Below, piece after piece: positions 1 to 10,046 of a stretch of DNA of 64,000 nt (position 1 is the first letter of the stretch; the number at the start of each line of letters is the position of its first letter). The notes beneath the pieces were generated by a model, which was not told the DNA's origin, did no database searches, and saw only the letters and a list, made by a program, of their open reading frames with translations. The position numbers and the translations under genes were made by a program. The DNA is from an uncultured delta proteobacterium (GTDB taxonomy: Bacteria; Desulfobacterota; Binatia; UBA9968), in NCBI GenBank assembly GCA_963847445.1, contig CAWJZV010000007.1:299593-363592 (forward strand). The letters are read 5' to 3'.

Positions 1-314
1 AGGTACAGTGCCATACGAGCGTCATGGCGACCGTCAATCCATCGGGCTTGGCGACACTGTAAACGTGATTGGCCGCAATCAGCCCGCCGGCGCCCGGCAT
101 GTTCTGCACGACCATCTCGGGATTGCCGGGCAGGTATTTCGGAACATGGCGCGCCAACAGACGCGACCAGCGATCGTAAAAACCGCCTGAAGTAAAGCCG
201 ACGACGACTTTGATCGTCTTGCCCTGGTAAAAGGCATCCGCTGCGATGAGTCGTTGGGGAATATCAACCCGCCAAAACAAATCCGAACAAGAGAATGCTT
301 AATCCACGTTTCAT
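1..314 (-). CDS. TctC/Bug-family tripartite tricarboxylate transporter substrate-binding protein, 5' part (runs off the window; frameshift near 263)
   Basis: Manual translation of the minus strand: MKRGLSILLFGFVLA / DAFYQGKTIKVVVGFTSGGFYDRWSRLLARHVPKYLPGNPEMVVQNMPGAGGLIAANHVY, a typical Bug N-terminus; paralogous to 2723-3796. Confidence 0.85.
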
Positions 315-526
315 AAAACGCTCCTTTTCTTTGGGAAGGTTTCAATCAATTGATATGCTCCTCTGCTCTGCTTGACTCACGAGATCGCGCCGCGTTCTCG
401 GAATCGACCTGAGTTCAAAGGTGCGGATCGGGAGATAAGCATCGGCAGCACGACCGCCGGCGTCATTGGAATTTTGAAACTAAAGATATCGCTCAGGAAT
501 TGAGTCGGGTCCAAGGTGTAACCTCG

Positions 527-2658
527 TCATCCAATTGGACTATGCGGCAGGTGCGCAACGGTTACCGGCAACCATTCAAACAGCGCGCCTTGGGGAAACG
601 GCAGCTGCAACGCGTAATCGAACAAGCCGAAGAAAAACAACCAGCAGCAGCCGTGATCGCCAACGTCACCGGCCATCGTCTCACCGGCGCCGAATTTCAA
701 GTAAAGAAACGTCGCGATCGCCGAGGCCGGGATAAATCCGAGGATCCAAATGGCGATGAAAAAGCCGACGATCCAACAACCGATGGCGAAAGTGCGCTGT
801 CGCTCGACGATCGGCTCGATCTCGGGTTCGTCAGTATCGCGAACTGGCCGTCCACGATTTTGATTTCTCGGGTGGATGTCAGCGACTTCCTTGGCAGAGA
901 TGTAGAGCGCCAGCGACCAGGCACGGCACGCCGACCACCCAAGGGAATATTCCCGCGCGCGGCTCGAAGGCGCCGAAGCCGTACATCGCCTCGTAAACTA
1001 CGTAGCTCATGATCCCGACGATCAGCAGGGCAAAGACAGCGCCGGTTATGCGAGTCAGCAGCGGCACACGAACGATCCGCGTCACGGCGCACCTTCTTGC
1101 GCCGCCTCGGAGGTAGTCCGCGCTCTCGCTGCGTGCGTTTTGAACCAGACCCTGCAAGTAGGGATAAAGTGTGCCGAACAGAATGATCGCGCCGATGACC
1201 AGAACACCTGGGTGAAGGAGCCAACTGTAGCCGTAAATGCGACTGGCGATGAACAGATTGTTCTCGCGATCCCGCCGAAAACCAAGCCGAGCAATAGCGG
1301 CGGGCGCTGCCAGTCGAACTTGACCATGAACCAGCCGATCGTGCCGAAAAGCAGCACCAGCAGCATATCGCCGAAGCTGTTTTTAACCGCGAAGCCGCCG
1401 AGGTAGATCAACAGCAGCAGAAGCGGGATCAAGTAACGTCCCTTTGATGAAGGTGATCTTGGCGAGCTGATTGAGGAAACAGAAAGCAGATCGCCACGGT
1501 GATGACATTGGTGATGACGATGATCCAGACGAAGGACATGGTGAGGGTCAGATGCTTGGCCGGGTTGAGTAGATCCGGGCCGGGCACGATGCCTTGAATG
1601 ATGAAGGCGCCGAGCAGGATCGCCATCGAGACGCTGCCGGGAACACCGAAGGCCAGCGTGGGAATCAACGAGCCGCCTTCTTTGGAATTGTTCGCTGCGC
1701 CGGGACCGAGAACGCCTTCGACGGCGCCTTTACCGAAGCGCTCTTTTCCGGGAGAGGTCTGCACCGCGTGGGCGTAAGCCAGCCACTGCGCCGGTCCGCC
1801 GCCCATGCCGGGAATCAGGCCGATGTAGGCGCCGATGCCGCTGCAGCGCAGCACGAGCTTCCAGTGACGGAAAGGTGTCCTTGACCCCTTCCATGACCCC
1901 GCCTAATTTGGTCGGCGCCCTATCGCCGGCGATGCTCGTGCCTTTGACGGCGAGATCGATGATCTCGGGAATCGCGAAGAGTCCGACGGTGACGGCAATG
2001 AGCGAGATGCCGTCCCAAAGAAACAACGCGTTGTCTTCGCCCAACAGCCCTTCGAGGGTAAAACGCGGCACGCTTTCAATCGGATCGAGGCCGACCATCG
2101 CGAGCACCAGGCCGAGGCCGCCGGCCACCAGACCCTTGGGCACGTTCTCGCCGCTGAGGGACGCGACGAAAGTGATGCCGAGGAGCGCGAGCATGAAAAA
2201 TTCCGCCGAGCCGATCGAGAGCACCAGCGGGGCTGACGATTGGAATCGCCAACGCCAGCATGAAGGCGCCGAACACCGCGCCGACCAGAGAGCTCATGAG
2301 CGCCGCGCCGAGCGCGCGTCCGGCTTCACCGTGCTTCGCCATCGGATGACCGTCGACAATGGTCGCGGCGGTGATCCCTTCGCCGGGAACACCGAACAGC
2401 ACCGAGGTTATGTCTCCCGGTCGTCGCGGTCACGGCGTTGGAGCCCAGGAGGAAGGCAAACGCCGTGATCGGGTCCATGTTGTAGATAAACGGCAACATG
2501 AGCGCCAGGGTGGTGGCGCCGCCAAGACCGGGGAGGATGCCGACGGCGAAGCCGATCGCCATGCCGAGCATCATGTAAAGAAACGTCTCCGTGCCTTGCG
2601 CGGATAGCGGCAAGAACTTTATCAGCCCGTCGTTGAACGCGTTCAGGTACTCCAGCAT
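527..2658 (-). CDS. TTT large permease TctA followed by a TctB-like small permease (apparently fused; several frameshifts)
   Basis: Fragments GILPGLGGATTLALMLP, LFGVPGEG..AATIVDGHPMAK, GAANNSKEGGSLIPTLAFGVPGS, PLLLGLVFG (TctA); the C-terminal FFFGLFDYALQLPFPQG is TctB-like; stop at 527-529. Confidence 0.85.
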
Positions 2659-2722
2659 ATACCCTCCTCTAGCAGAGTTTGGGCGTCGGCTTAGCGTCGG
2701 TCCATCCGATATTTCGCTTTGC

Positions 2723-3796
2723 TCAAACTGGTCGTGATTTCGTCAGTTCGTCTGCTTTCGCACGAGAAACTGCAGACCTTCTTTCGCCTTGGGCGAAATG
2801 TTCAGGATATCTTTGACCAAGCCCGTTGATTTCGTCGGCCGAGACATACTCCATCACCAGCTTCGACTTTTTCGCCTCGGCCTTGAACTCCGGATCTTCG
2901 AGGGTCGCTTTGAACGCTTTGCGCAGGATTTCGACTCGGTCTTTCGGAATTCCCGGCGGCGCCACATACGGGCGCTGGAATTCATATTGATTGATCCAGG
3001 CGTTGAAGAGCTGAACTCCGTCGCTGCCGCCTTTCGCTTTGATGTAGTCTCGAATGATCGGCACGTTGGCGACCTCGGGGTCCTCCCATTTCTTGTGATT
3101 GAGAATGGGAATGAGTTTTTGATCGCCGCTAGCGTCCAACATCGCTCGCGCCGTTACCCGCGCCGACTCCCATCCCCAGCAGCCGCCGTCGAGTTCCTTC
3201 GATCGCATGGCGACCGTGATCAGCGAGGTGCCCTTGTAGCCGTTGATCACGTTGAACTTGGTGCCGACCGTCTGATTCAAGATCATCGGCAGGTCGTTGT
3301 AGGTCGAGCCCGCTCGCGTGGAGCCCATCTTGAGTTCCCTGCCGGAGCTGACGACTTCGTCTATGGACTTCAGACCGGTATGGGCCATGATGCTGCAGCT
3401 CGGCGATCCCTTGATCGGCGCACCGATCCAGTTGAGTTTGCTCCCATCCAACCGGACGGCCCGGTCGCCCAGCGCCTGATACAGAACATAGGCGCTGTTC
3501 CATACGCCGATGAACGTGCCGTCGCGGTCAGCTTTGTTGTAAGTGTAGTTGGCCGCAATCAGCCCGCCGGCGCCTTCCATGTTGTCGACGACGAAGCTCG
3601 GATTGCCCGGAATATGTTTGCCCATGTGGCGCGCGATGATGCGCGCATAGGTGTCATAGCCGCCGCCGGCGGCCAAGCCCACGGTGACGCGAATCGTTTT
3701 ACCGGCGTAAAAATCCGCAGCCGCCGCTTGCTGGGTGCCCCCCGCCGCCAGAATTCCGGTGATGGCCAATGGCAGCAATAATTTTCCATAATTCAT
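2723..3796 (-). CDS. TctC/Bug-family substrate-binding protein
   Basis: Signal peptide, FYAGKTIRVTVGLAAGGGYDTYAR, NMEGAGG, RPYVAPPGIP; the extreme C-terminus is probably frameshifted. Confidence 0.9.
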   Translation of the reverse strand: MNYGKLLLPLAITGILAAGGTQQAAAADFYAGKTIRVTVGLAAGGGYDTYARIIARHMGKHIPGNPSFVVDNMEGAGGLIAANYTYNKADRDGTFIGVWNSAYVLYQALGDRAVRLDGSKLNWIGAPIKGSPSCSIMAHTGLKSIDEVVSSGRELKMGSTRAGSTYNDLPMILNQTVGTKFNVINGYKGTSLITVAMRSKELDGGCWGWESARVTARAMLDASGDQKLIPILNHKKWEDPEVANVPIIRDYIKAKGGSDGVQLFNAWINQYEFQRPYVAPPGIPKDRVEILRKAFKATLEDPEFKAEAKKSKLVMEYVSADEINGLGQRYPEHFAQGERRSAVSRAKADELTKSRPV

Positions 3797-3826
3797 AATC
3801 AGTCCTCCTCACTATCAATACTGGAG

Positions 3827-4840
3827 TTAAAACTTGCTCATCGTAGATCCGCCGTAGAGTTTTTCGAGAAATCCGCTTTGCTTGAGTTTTTTGACGAAGC
3901 GCAGGTCGACAAAATTTTCCGCCTTCGCGCTGCCTGCTTTTGGGTCCCAATTGGCCTGGACTGCTAGTGTATCGTTTAGCCCTTCCAACGTAGGATGAGT
4001 GTCTTCTTGCAAAAGCTCGCTGTAAGCCGACCAAGAGCCTTCCAGAACCTCGGCTTTCTGCCCGCGGGTATACTTGGACATGATCTTGATGGTTTCCCGC
4101 TTGTTGTGCTTAAAAAAATGCACCGCCTCGGCCACCGCCTTGACCAGGTTCTCGACGGTCTGGGGGCGCCGCTGAATCAGCGCTGTCGACGCCACCGCGC
4201 AGGAGAATTGAAACGGGATTTTCAATTTGGCCATGTCGACGATGAGCTTTAGTCCTGCCGTCTCACCGAGAATTTTTCCTGAATCGGTGACCATGGTAAA
4301 ATCCACCTGCCCATTGATCACCGCCGCAACCCGCGCCGTTGCGCCGCCGATCATAACCGCTTGGATATCTTTGTAGTCGATGCCGAATTTGCGCAGCGCC
4401 AAGCGCACGGCGAAGTCGGCGGACGTGCCCGGGATGTGGCTGGCGGCGGTGCGACCCTTGAGGTCTTCCGGTGATTTAATCTCGGGCTTGCCGATGATGT
4501 AGTAGGGAAGGGTATTGACAAGACTGTTGACGATCACAACGTCGCCGCCGGCTAATTTACCGTTGATCGCCGAAGTCCCCACCGCGCCGGCGAAGTCTAT
4601 GTCGCCGGCGATCATGCTCTGGACTCCCCGCGTGCTGCCGTTGATAAATATCAGCTCGGTATCCAGGCCGTACTTCTTGAACATCCCGGCTTCCTTGGCG
4701 ATCCAGTAGGGCGCCGAGGACCCTGGGGAATCCGAGATGTAAGCGAAACGCACCTTGTCCGCTGCCAGAGCATTACCCTGAAAACCGAATAATGTGGCGA
4801 GCATGGCAACGCCCACGAGCATCGCATTTTTATTCATCAC
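3827..4840 (-). CDS. NMT1/THI5/SsuA-like ABC substrate-binding protein
   Basis: Signal peptide, APYWIAKEAGMFKKYGLD, DLKGRT, FVDLRFVKKL; no cognate permease nearby. Confidence 0.85.
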   Translation of the reverse strand: MMNKNAMLVGVAMLATLFGFQGNALAADKVRFAYISDSPGSSAPYWIAKEAGMFKKYGLDTELIFINGSTRGVQSMIAGDIDFAGAVGTSAINGKLAGGDVVIVNSLVNTLPYYIIGKPEIKSPEDLKGRTAASHIPGTSADFAVRLALRKFGIDYKDIQAVMIGGATARVAAVINGQVDFTMVTDSGKILGETAGLKLIVDMAKLKIPFQFSCAVASTALIQRRPQTVENLVKAVAEAVHFFKHNKRETIKIMSKYTRGQKAEVLEGSWSAYSELLQEDTHPTLEGLNDTLAVQANWDPKAGSAKAENFVDLRFVKKLKQSGFLEKLYGGSTMSKF

Positions 4841-5143
4841 GCCTCCTTTTTTTTGGCCGGCAGATCGACTCTAATATTGCCCACGGACTGGGTCACGTTT
4901 ATGATCAGTCGCCGCATACGTCGTTGATTCCATCTCCATTTCCCCGACACTTGTGTTCACGCACTCAGTGAATCCCAAAGATCTCCCGAAACAAGCTGAC
5001 TGATTTTTGAAAATTGACATGGCTATCCGGCCTATCGACGAAAATTATCACTCGGCTGTATCGACAAAATCTTATCCAAAGACGATTAAAGTCCGCGCCT
5101 GTTACGATGCCCAACCTCAACCTTGGCCCACCCACGCGCACTT

Positions 5144-5605
5144 TCAGTCGCCGCGTAGAAAATAGCTGTTCTTACCGCCTTCGCGCAGATGGATATCTCT
5201 GACGATGACGATCCGACGGGCGAAACGCGCCAAAATCGTGTAGCTGCCGGGCGGCAGTTGAATAAAAAATGATGGCGCACGAACAGCAATTTGCTCGACC
5301 CTGCTGCCGTCATTGGGTGCGATCAGCAACCAAACTTGCGAAGCGAAAACTCCCGATCTGCGGGCAAAGAATAATCTGAGGTTGTACGGCGCGGAGGCGC
5401 GCTCCATGGCTTGCTTTTCATCGAAGCTAATGCCCCCGGCGAGGTAGGGATGGCCCGCCGGCGTATGCGCTTTGATCAAGTTCGCCTCTGGATACTGTGG
5501 CTTGCGGCCGCTGCTTGGGCTGGGGCCGGAGGCTGCGAGAAGTACGATCAAGGCCAGCGCCAATCGTTGCCAAAATCCGCGACCGAGTTTTTCCTGGTTC
5601 ATCAC
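5144..5605 (-). CDS. Secreted hypothetical protein, carboxypeptidase-regulatory-like beta-sandwich family
   Basis: Signal/anchor segment, then YLAGGISFDEKQAM..YNLRLFFA..LPPGSYTILA; its start overlaps the stop of the upstream gene. Confidence 0.6.
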   Translation of the reverse strand: MMNQEKLGRGFWQRLALALIVLLAASGPSPSSGRKPQYPEANLIKAHTPAGHPYLAGGISFDEKQAMERASAPYNLRLFFARRSGVFASQVWLLIAPNDGSRVEQIAVRAPSFFIQLPPGSYTILARFARRIVIVRDIHLREGGKNSYFLRGD

Positions 5606-5985
5606 CGTTCCTGTACCTCAGACGACGACGCCCGTTGTCTGCTCAGAAAATCCGGCTCACGCAAGCGTTTTTGCAGCTCCCGGCGCGTCATGACCTCGCT
5701 GCCTGCGATCTGATGATCAAGCAGCAGGCGAAGAAACCGTTTGGAGGTTTTAACTCCGTGCTGCAATAGCACGATAATTTTGGCGGCGGGGCATAAGTCT
5801 CTGAGGTTAAAAATGGTTTCGGCGACGTTTAGCAGCGAATGCTGTGACAGCATCAACGCGCCGTCGAGCGCTTGGTGGCGGGCAATATCCAGTGCGGTCT
5901 CTCGATTTCCGGCGCACAAGACCTCATACCCCGCGGCCTGAAAACGTCTCTCTAAAACATGATTACGATCCACGCCGATCAGCAT
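5602..5985 (-). CDS. Stand-alone degenerate receiver (pseudo-REC) domain protein
   Basis: AAGYEVLCAGNRETALDIARHQALDGALML..LRDLCPAAKIIVL follows the REC pattern, but the acidic pocket and phospho-Asp are missing. Confidence 0.55.
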   Translation of the reverse strand: MLIGVDRNHVLERRFQAAGYEVLCAGNRETALDIARHQALDGALMLSQHSLLNVAETIFNLRDLCPAAKIIVLLQHGVKTSKRFLRLLLDHQIAGSEVMTRRELQKRLREPDFLSRQRASSSEVQER

Positions 5986-6107
5986 GATCTTTCCGCGTCG
6001 GATGCGCGCGGACGTAATCCAGTCAGCGAGTTTTTTCCGACCGGCGCTCCCCCAGCGCGGGCTTCATCGTAAAAATGTCCTCCGTGTTAGCGCCGAGTCG
6101 GCGCTCG

Positions 6108-6540
6108 CTAGACCGATATCCTTGGGTCACGCAGCCTGCGTCGATATCGAAGCGGCTCGCGGATGCGCCTTTGCGGACCATTGCCTCTGGTGCTTTCCAT
6201 GGCGCCGCGCCAGCGCGTCAATCCTTTGCGCAAATAACTCGGATCGAGTTGTAACGCCTCGCAAACATGCTCGAAGGAATAGAGAGTTCTGACCGTTGCC
6301 GCCAAAAATCCATGCCTCGGCCTCTTGGAAGATCTTGCGGCAACGCCGGCTCTTGGCACCGGCGTATTTTTGCAGACTCTCAATCGCGTTGGTCAAAACC
6401 GCGAACATCAGCCTCATTTCCGGCAGCAAGTGATCGCGTCGCTGAAAGGTCGTCGAATATTCAAACGATGTCAGGACATCCGGTTCCAGATAAGTGTTAA
6501 TTCTAAATGGTTGGGCGGTGCGGCGTGCTGTTGATTCCAT
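6108..6540 (-). CDS. Conserved hypothetical helical protein (frameshift near 6280), paralogue of 61905-62321
   Basis: Joined: EPDVLTSFEY..HLLPEMRLMFAVLTNAIESLQKY..IFQEAEAWIF / YSFEHVCEALQLDPSYLRKGLTRW; GGGGGAG SD upstream. Confidence 0.75.
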
Positions 6541-6566
6541 TAACTCCCCCTGTGTCGATGCGCTGG

Positions 6567-6583
6567 AGCAAGAACCAAACCAG
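6567..6583 (-). promoter_or_regulatory. Putative sigma54 (-24/-12) promoter
   Basis: Minus strand CTGGTTTGGTTCTTGCT = GG-N10-GC with TTGC, about 27 nt upstream of the ATG at 6540. Confidence 0.55.
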
Positions 6584-6696
6584 CGGCGGAAGCTATGGAA
6601 AAGTAATCACTATTGGGTCTAAAGACGGATTAATAGAGTGCCGGTGATCAGTTGTCGTGCCGGTTCTTCACACTCAGCAGTAGAAACCGCAGATCG

Positions 6697-6810
6697 TGTA
6701 AACAAGATGCACACAAAGCGCCACTCATTGCCGCCAAACAAAAAGAAACGGCTGTAGGTTTAGAAACTTAGATGAGCTTTATGTGGAGGGCACTGCGCAA
6801 AAAATGCACA
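6697..6810. promoter_or_regulatory. Putative enhancer (bEBP UAS) sites
   Basis: TGTAAA-N5-TGCACA (6697-6713) and TGCGCA-N5-TGCACA (6794-6810), upstream of the 6567-6583 promoter. Confidence 0.5.
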
Positions 6811-6811
6811 G

Positions 6812-8174
6812 TCAGGACAAATGATGTCTGTCCATCTTGTTATAAAGCGCGCGCCGGCTGATGCCGAGTACCGATGCGGCTTGTTTTTTGTTGCCGTTTA
6901 CCGAAGCGAGGGTTAGCTGGATAAGTTCTTTTTCGACGGCGCCAAGGGTTAGTCCGACTGATAAGGAGCACGAGAGTGCGCTGCTGCGGCTGCCGAGAAC
7001 CGATAGGTTCTTGATTCGTTGCGGCACCAGATCCGGCGTGAGATTTTTGCCGTCGGCCATAAGCACGGCGGTCTGTATGACGTTTTTCAACTCGCGGACG
7101 TTGCCAGGCCAGGAATAATGGCGTAACAAGCGATAGGTTTCTGGCGCGACCTGATCAATTTCTTTGCCGTAGAGCTTGGCAAATACCGTGACGAAGTGGT
7201 CGGTGAGCACGGTCACAGCGCCGGGACGATCGCGCAATGAGGGCACGGCGATATGAAAAACATTCAAGCGATAAAAAAGATCCTCGCGAAAGCGTTTTTC
7301 GGCGACACTCTTGTCGAGATCTTCGTTGGCGGCGGCAATGATTCGAACGTCGGCGGCAATAGTCTTAACGCCGCCGACCCGGCGGAACGATTTTTCCTCC
7401 AAGACGCGCAGCAAACTGATTTGCGTCTTGGCATCCATGGTGGCGATCTCATCGAGAAATACCGTGCCGCCATGGGCTTGCTCGAAGATCCCAGGACGGG
7501 AATCCTGCGCTCCGGTATAGGCGCCCCGTTCATGGCCGAAAATTTCACTGGCAATGAGTTCAGGGGCCATGGCTCCCGTGTTAATCGCGACGAACGGCTG
7601 GTCCTTGCGCCGGCTCCGCTTATGGATGCCAGCGGCAAGAAGATCTTTGCCGGTTCCAGTCTCGCCGGTGATAAGTATAGGAACATCGACGTTCGCCGCT
7701 TCCATGGCGCGCCGCACCACCGCGCGCATGGGTAAACTAACGGTGATCATGCCCTCGAATTCGATCGGAATATCGGACAGCGTTTCGGCTGGCAGGCGGC
7801 CATTCCTGCGGGGACTGACAAGGAAGAAAGCGCTCGACTAGCCGCAGCCACTCGTGTTCGTCGGATGGCTCTTTTTCGAAGTGTACGTTGCTACACGGAG
7901 GCCGAAAACCAAGCGGTTCGTCGCCGCTTGTTAAAACGACAACCTTGGTTCTCGCGCCTTTCGGCGCAAGGGACGTAAGCGTGTTGCGCAGATCACTGAG
8001 CTCGCTTAAAGAGTATGCCGACGCACGCCATAGAACTAAATCGAATTTGTGACCGTTGAGTTTCTCCCGAGCCGCGCTCAAACATGGCACTGATGTCACG
8101 TTCACGGCTTCCGCAATTAGGTGAAGTGAGCGGGGAAACCCTTGTTCAGACGCGATAACGAGTATGCAGGCCAT
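6812..8174 (-). CDS. Sigma54-dependent activator (bEBP) with a degenerate N-terminal receiver; frameshift near 7800
   Basis: AAA+ GETGTGKD, GAYTGA, FLDEI, FREDLFYRLN, WPGNVREL, Fis-type HTH; the N-terminal part 7737-8174 is REC-like (KFDLVLWR) without the Asp; the alternative frame PAETLSDIPIEFEGMITVS links the two ORFs. Confidence 0.85.
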
Positions 8175-8212
8175 ACATTTCTCGAAAGGGTTATGTCTAT
8201 CACGAAGCTTTA

Positions 8213-8418
8213 TACTACGACTTAAGACCTAGTATAGCCATGTACTACTACGACTTATGATTATGGTAAACGCATATGCAAAAACCACCTTCGGTGCTAG
8301 CTGATATACTCAAAAATGTTATTTTGCAAGAGTTTTAGCGTATTATTCGTATCTGGCACCAATAATTTAAAGCTGGAAGTGACGTCTAAGCCAAATCTAC
8401 GACTATAGTCTTAGATTT
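8213..8418. promoter_or_regulatory. AT-rich intergenic region with repeated operator-like motif CTACGACT
   Basis: TACTACGACTTAAGA (8213-8227), TACTACGACTTATGA (8246-8260) and a 26-bp palindrome with one mismatch AAATCTACGACTA/TAGTCTTAGATTT (8393-8418). Confidence 0.55.
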
Positions 8419-8479
8419 ATCTAGCTTTTAAATCTTCGTGATAATCGCGAATGAAGATGAATTCTTCGCATCGGTCGAT

Positions 8480-10001
8480 TTACCACTGTGTTGCTTTGTC
8501 AAGGACTGCTGATTCCGAGGAATTCCCTCGTGAGTTGACTATTTGTCGGATCAGCTCAGCGAGGATTTTTCGATATGCGCGCCGGTCTCTGTCGCGGTAA
8601 AAAACCCGATGGGACGGCATTTCAAAGTGAAGACTACTCTTGGCTAGACTCAGTATCCCGTGATCTTTCGCGGCCCAGGCGCCAATGGCGACCTGGTCGA
8701 CCGGTTCGATCACGAGATTTACCTTCGCCGACACCAGGAAACTTGCGGAGCACTTGGCCACGGATCTGCGCATAAGCCGTCTTGATCGCCTGGGCCTCCG
8801 ACCGGGTAATCCCGACTGTCGCCACATCGATGTCGTCGAACTCGCCGTTCTGGTGCATATCGATATACAAATCCAGCGGTCCACGAGCCGCTTTAAAGAC
8901 CGCAGCCGAATAGCGCTGGTAAACTTCTCCCGCACGTACGGTAATGCGCTCGATGGTATCCGTCGGATAGCGGCGCTCGCTCGGCCGATTGACATTGATA
9001 CGCCACCCGCCGCACTCGGTGGGCGTAAAGCCTCGCGCGATCACCGCCGGGAGCGAAGTCCGATAACTGAGCTCTTCGACCAACTCGCCGGTGTACCAAT
9101 CGAAACTGCCGTGAGGCGCCCCGATGACGATCCCGCGCCGATCGTTGCGCGCGGCGATCGAGTCGATACGGCCAAGCGGCATCTGCGTGACGTCGATTTC
9201 TTGGCGCGGTGGCCGGTCGCCTGTCGAAATTGATCTAGCCTCGTTTACCCAGGCGGCTAAAATATTCTGGTACACCGCCCGGACTGGGTCATCCGTGAGC
9301 ACGCTCGGCAGCCGTAGGATCAAGCCTCGTCGTGCCAGCATCAAGACACCATGGTTCTTCACGCCGTCGCTGTTCCAGGAAATATCGTCCAACGGATTGA
9401 GCGCGATTTCCACGCGGGGCAGATCCCGCGTAGCGATCATTCGGTCGCGAATCTGCGCGTAGGTCGATTTCAAAACCTTGAGCTGTTCAAACGTAAGGCC
9501 TGCCGAAGCGACTTCGATGCGCTGAGCAGGGTTGGAACTATTAGCGGCGCGCACGCCGACGTAAAACTCAATCGGCCCATCGACGGTGGAACCCAGCAGC
9601 GCGCGAAATTCCGCGTAAACACTGCCTCGACCCACACCATTCGCCGCCGACCAAGAGATTGGACTCCGTTGAACGAGAGGCTGTGAAACTGGAATCCCTT
9701 TAATCTCGAAGTCGTAAGCAGCCACTAGACCCGCGTCCATATGATCACGAATCGCGTCGGCGTATGCGATCGCGGTCGGTTCGGTGCCGGCCCGCGGCAC
9801 GCCAATCACAGCGCGTTTAAGGTGGGGAGGGGAATTGCGAAATTCGAAATAGCCCAGATCGCCGATTGTTTGTCTCTGGAGCGGCTGCAGGAGGCTACAG
9901 CCGCTCCAGAGTATTAGAGTCACCGCGACAACCAATCCCCGGGAGGCTCCGGAGATCGGCCAGTAGTACGTCACGGGCTCCCGGGTCATGATCAGACGCA
10001 T
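8480..10001 (-). CDS. Putative lipoprotein with two tandem Zn-hydrolase-like (N-formylglutamate amidohydrolase / PGA-hydrolase-like) domains; frameshift near 8720
   Basis: Lipobox-like LILWSGC; domain 2 has IGAPHGSFD, INVNRP, YIDMHQN, HFEMP; the matching positions in domain 1 are IGVPRAGTE, YVGVRA, ILRLP. Confidence 0.6.
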
Positions 10002-10046
10002 GGAACGGCCACCCCGGCGGTTTTTCAGTCATGAGTTGCACAAATC

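Noticed and set aside
2789-3781. Long antisense ORFs (this one, 14008-14757, 14884-15777, 38303-38989 and others)
   Set aside because: Shadow frames of well-supported genes in GC-rich DNA with no recognisable motifs
8213-8260. Possible mini-CRISPR array
   Set aside because: Only two 15-bp repeats with an 18-bp spacer, and no cas genes; no CRISPR array was seen anywhere in the window
8354-8370. TGGCAC as a sigma54 promoter
   Set aside because: No GC at the -12 position (TGGCACCAATAATTT)
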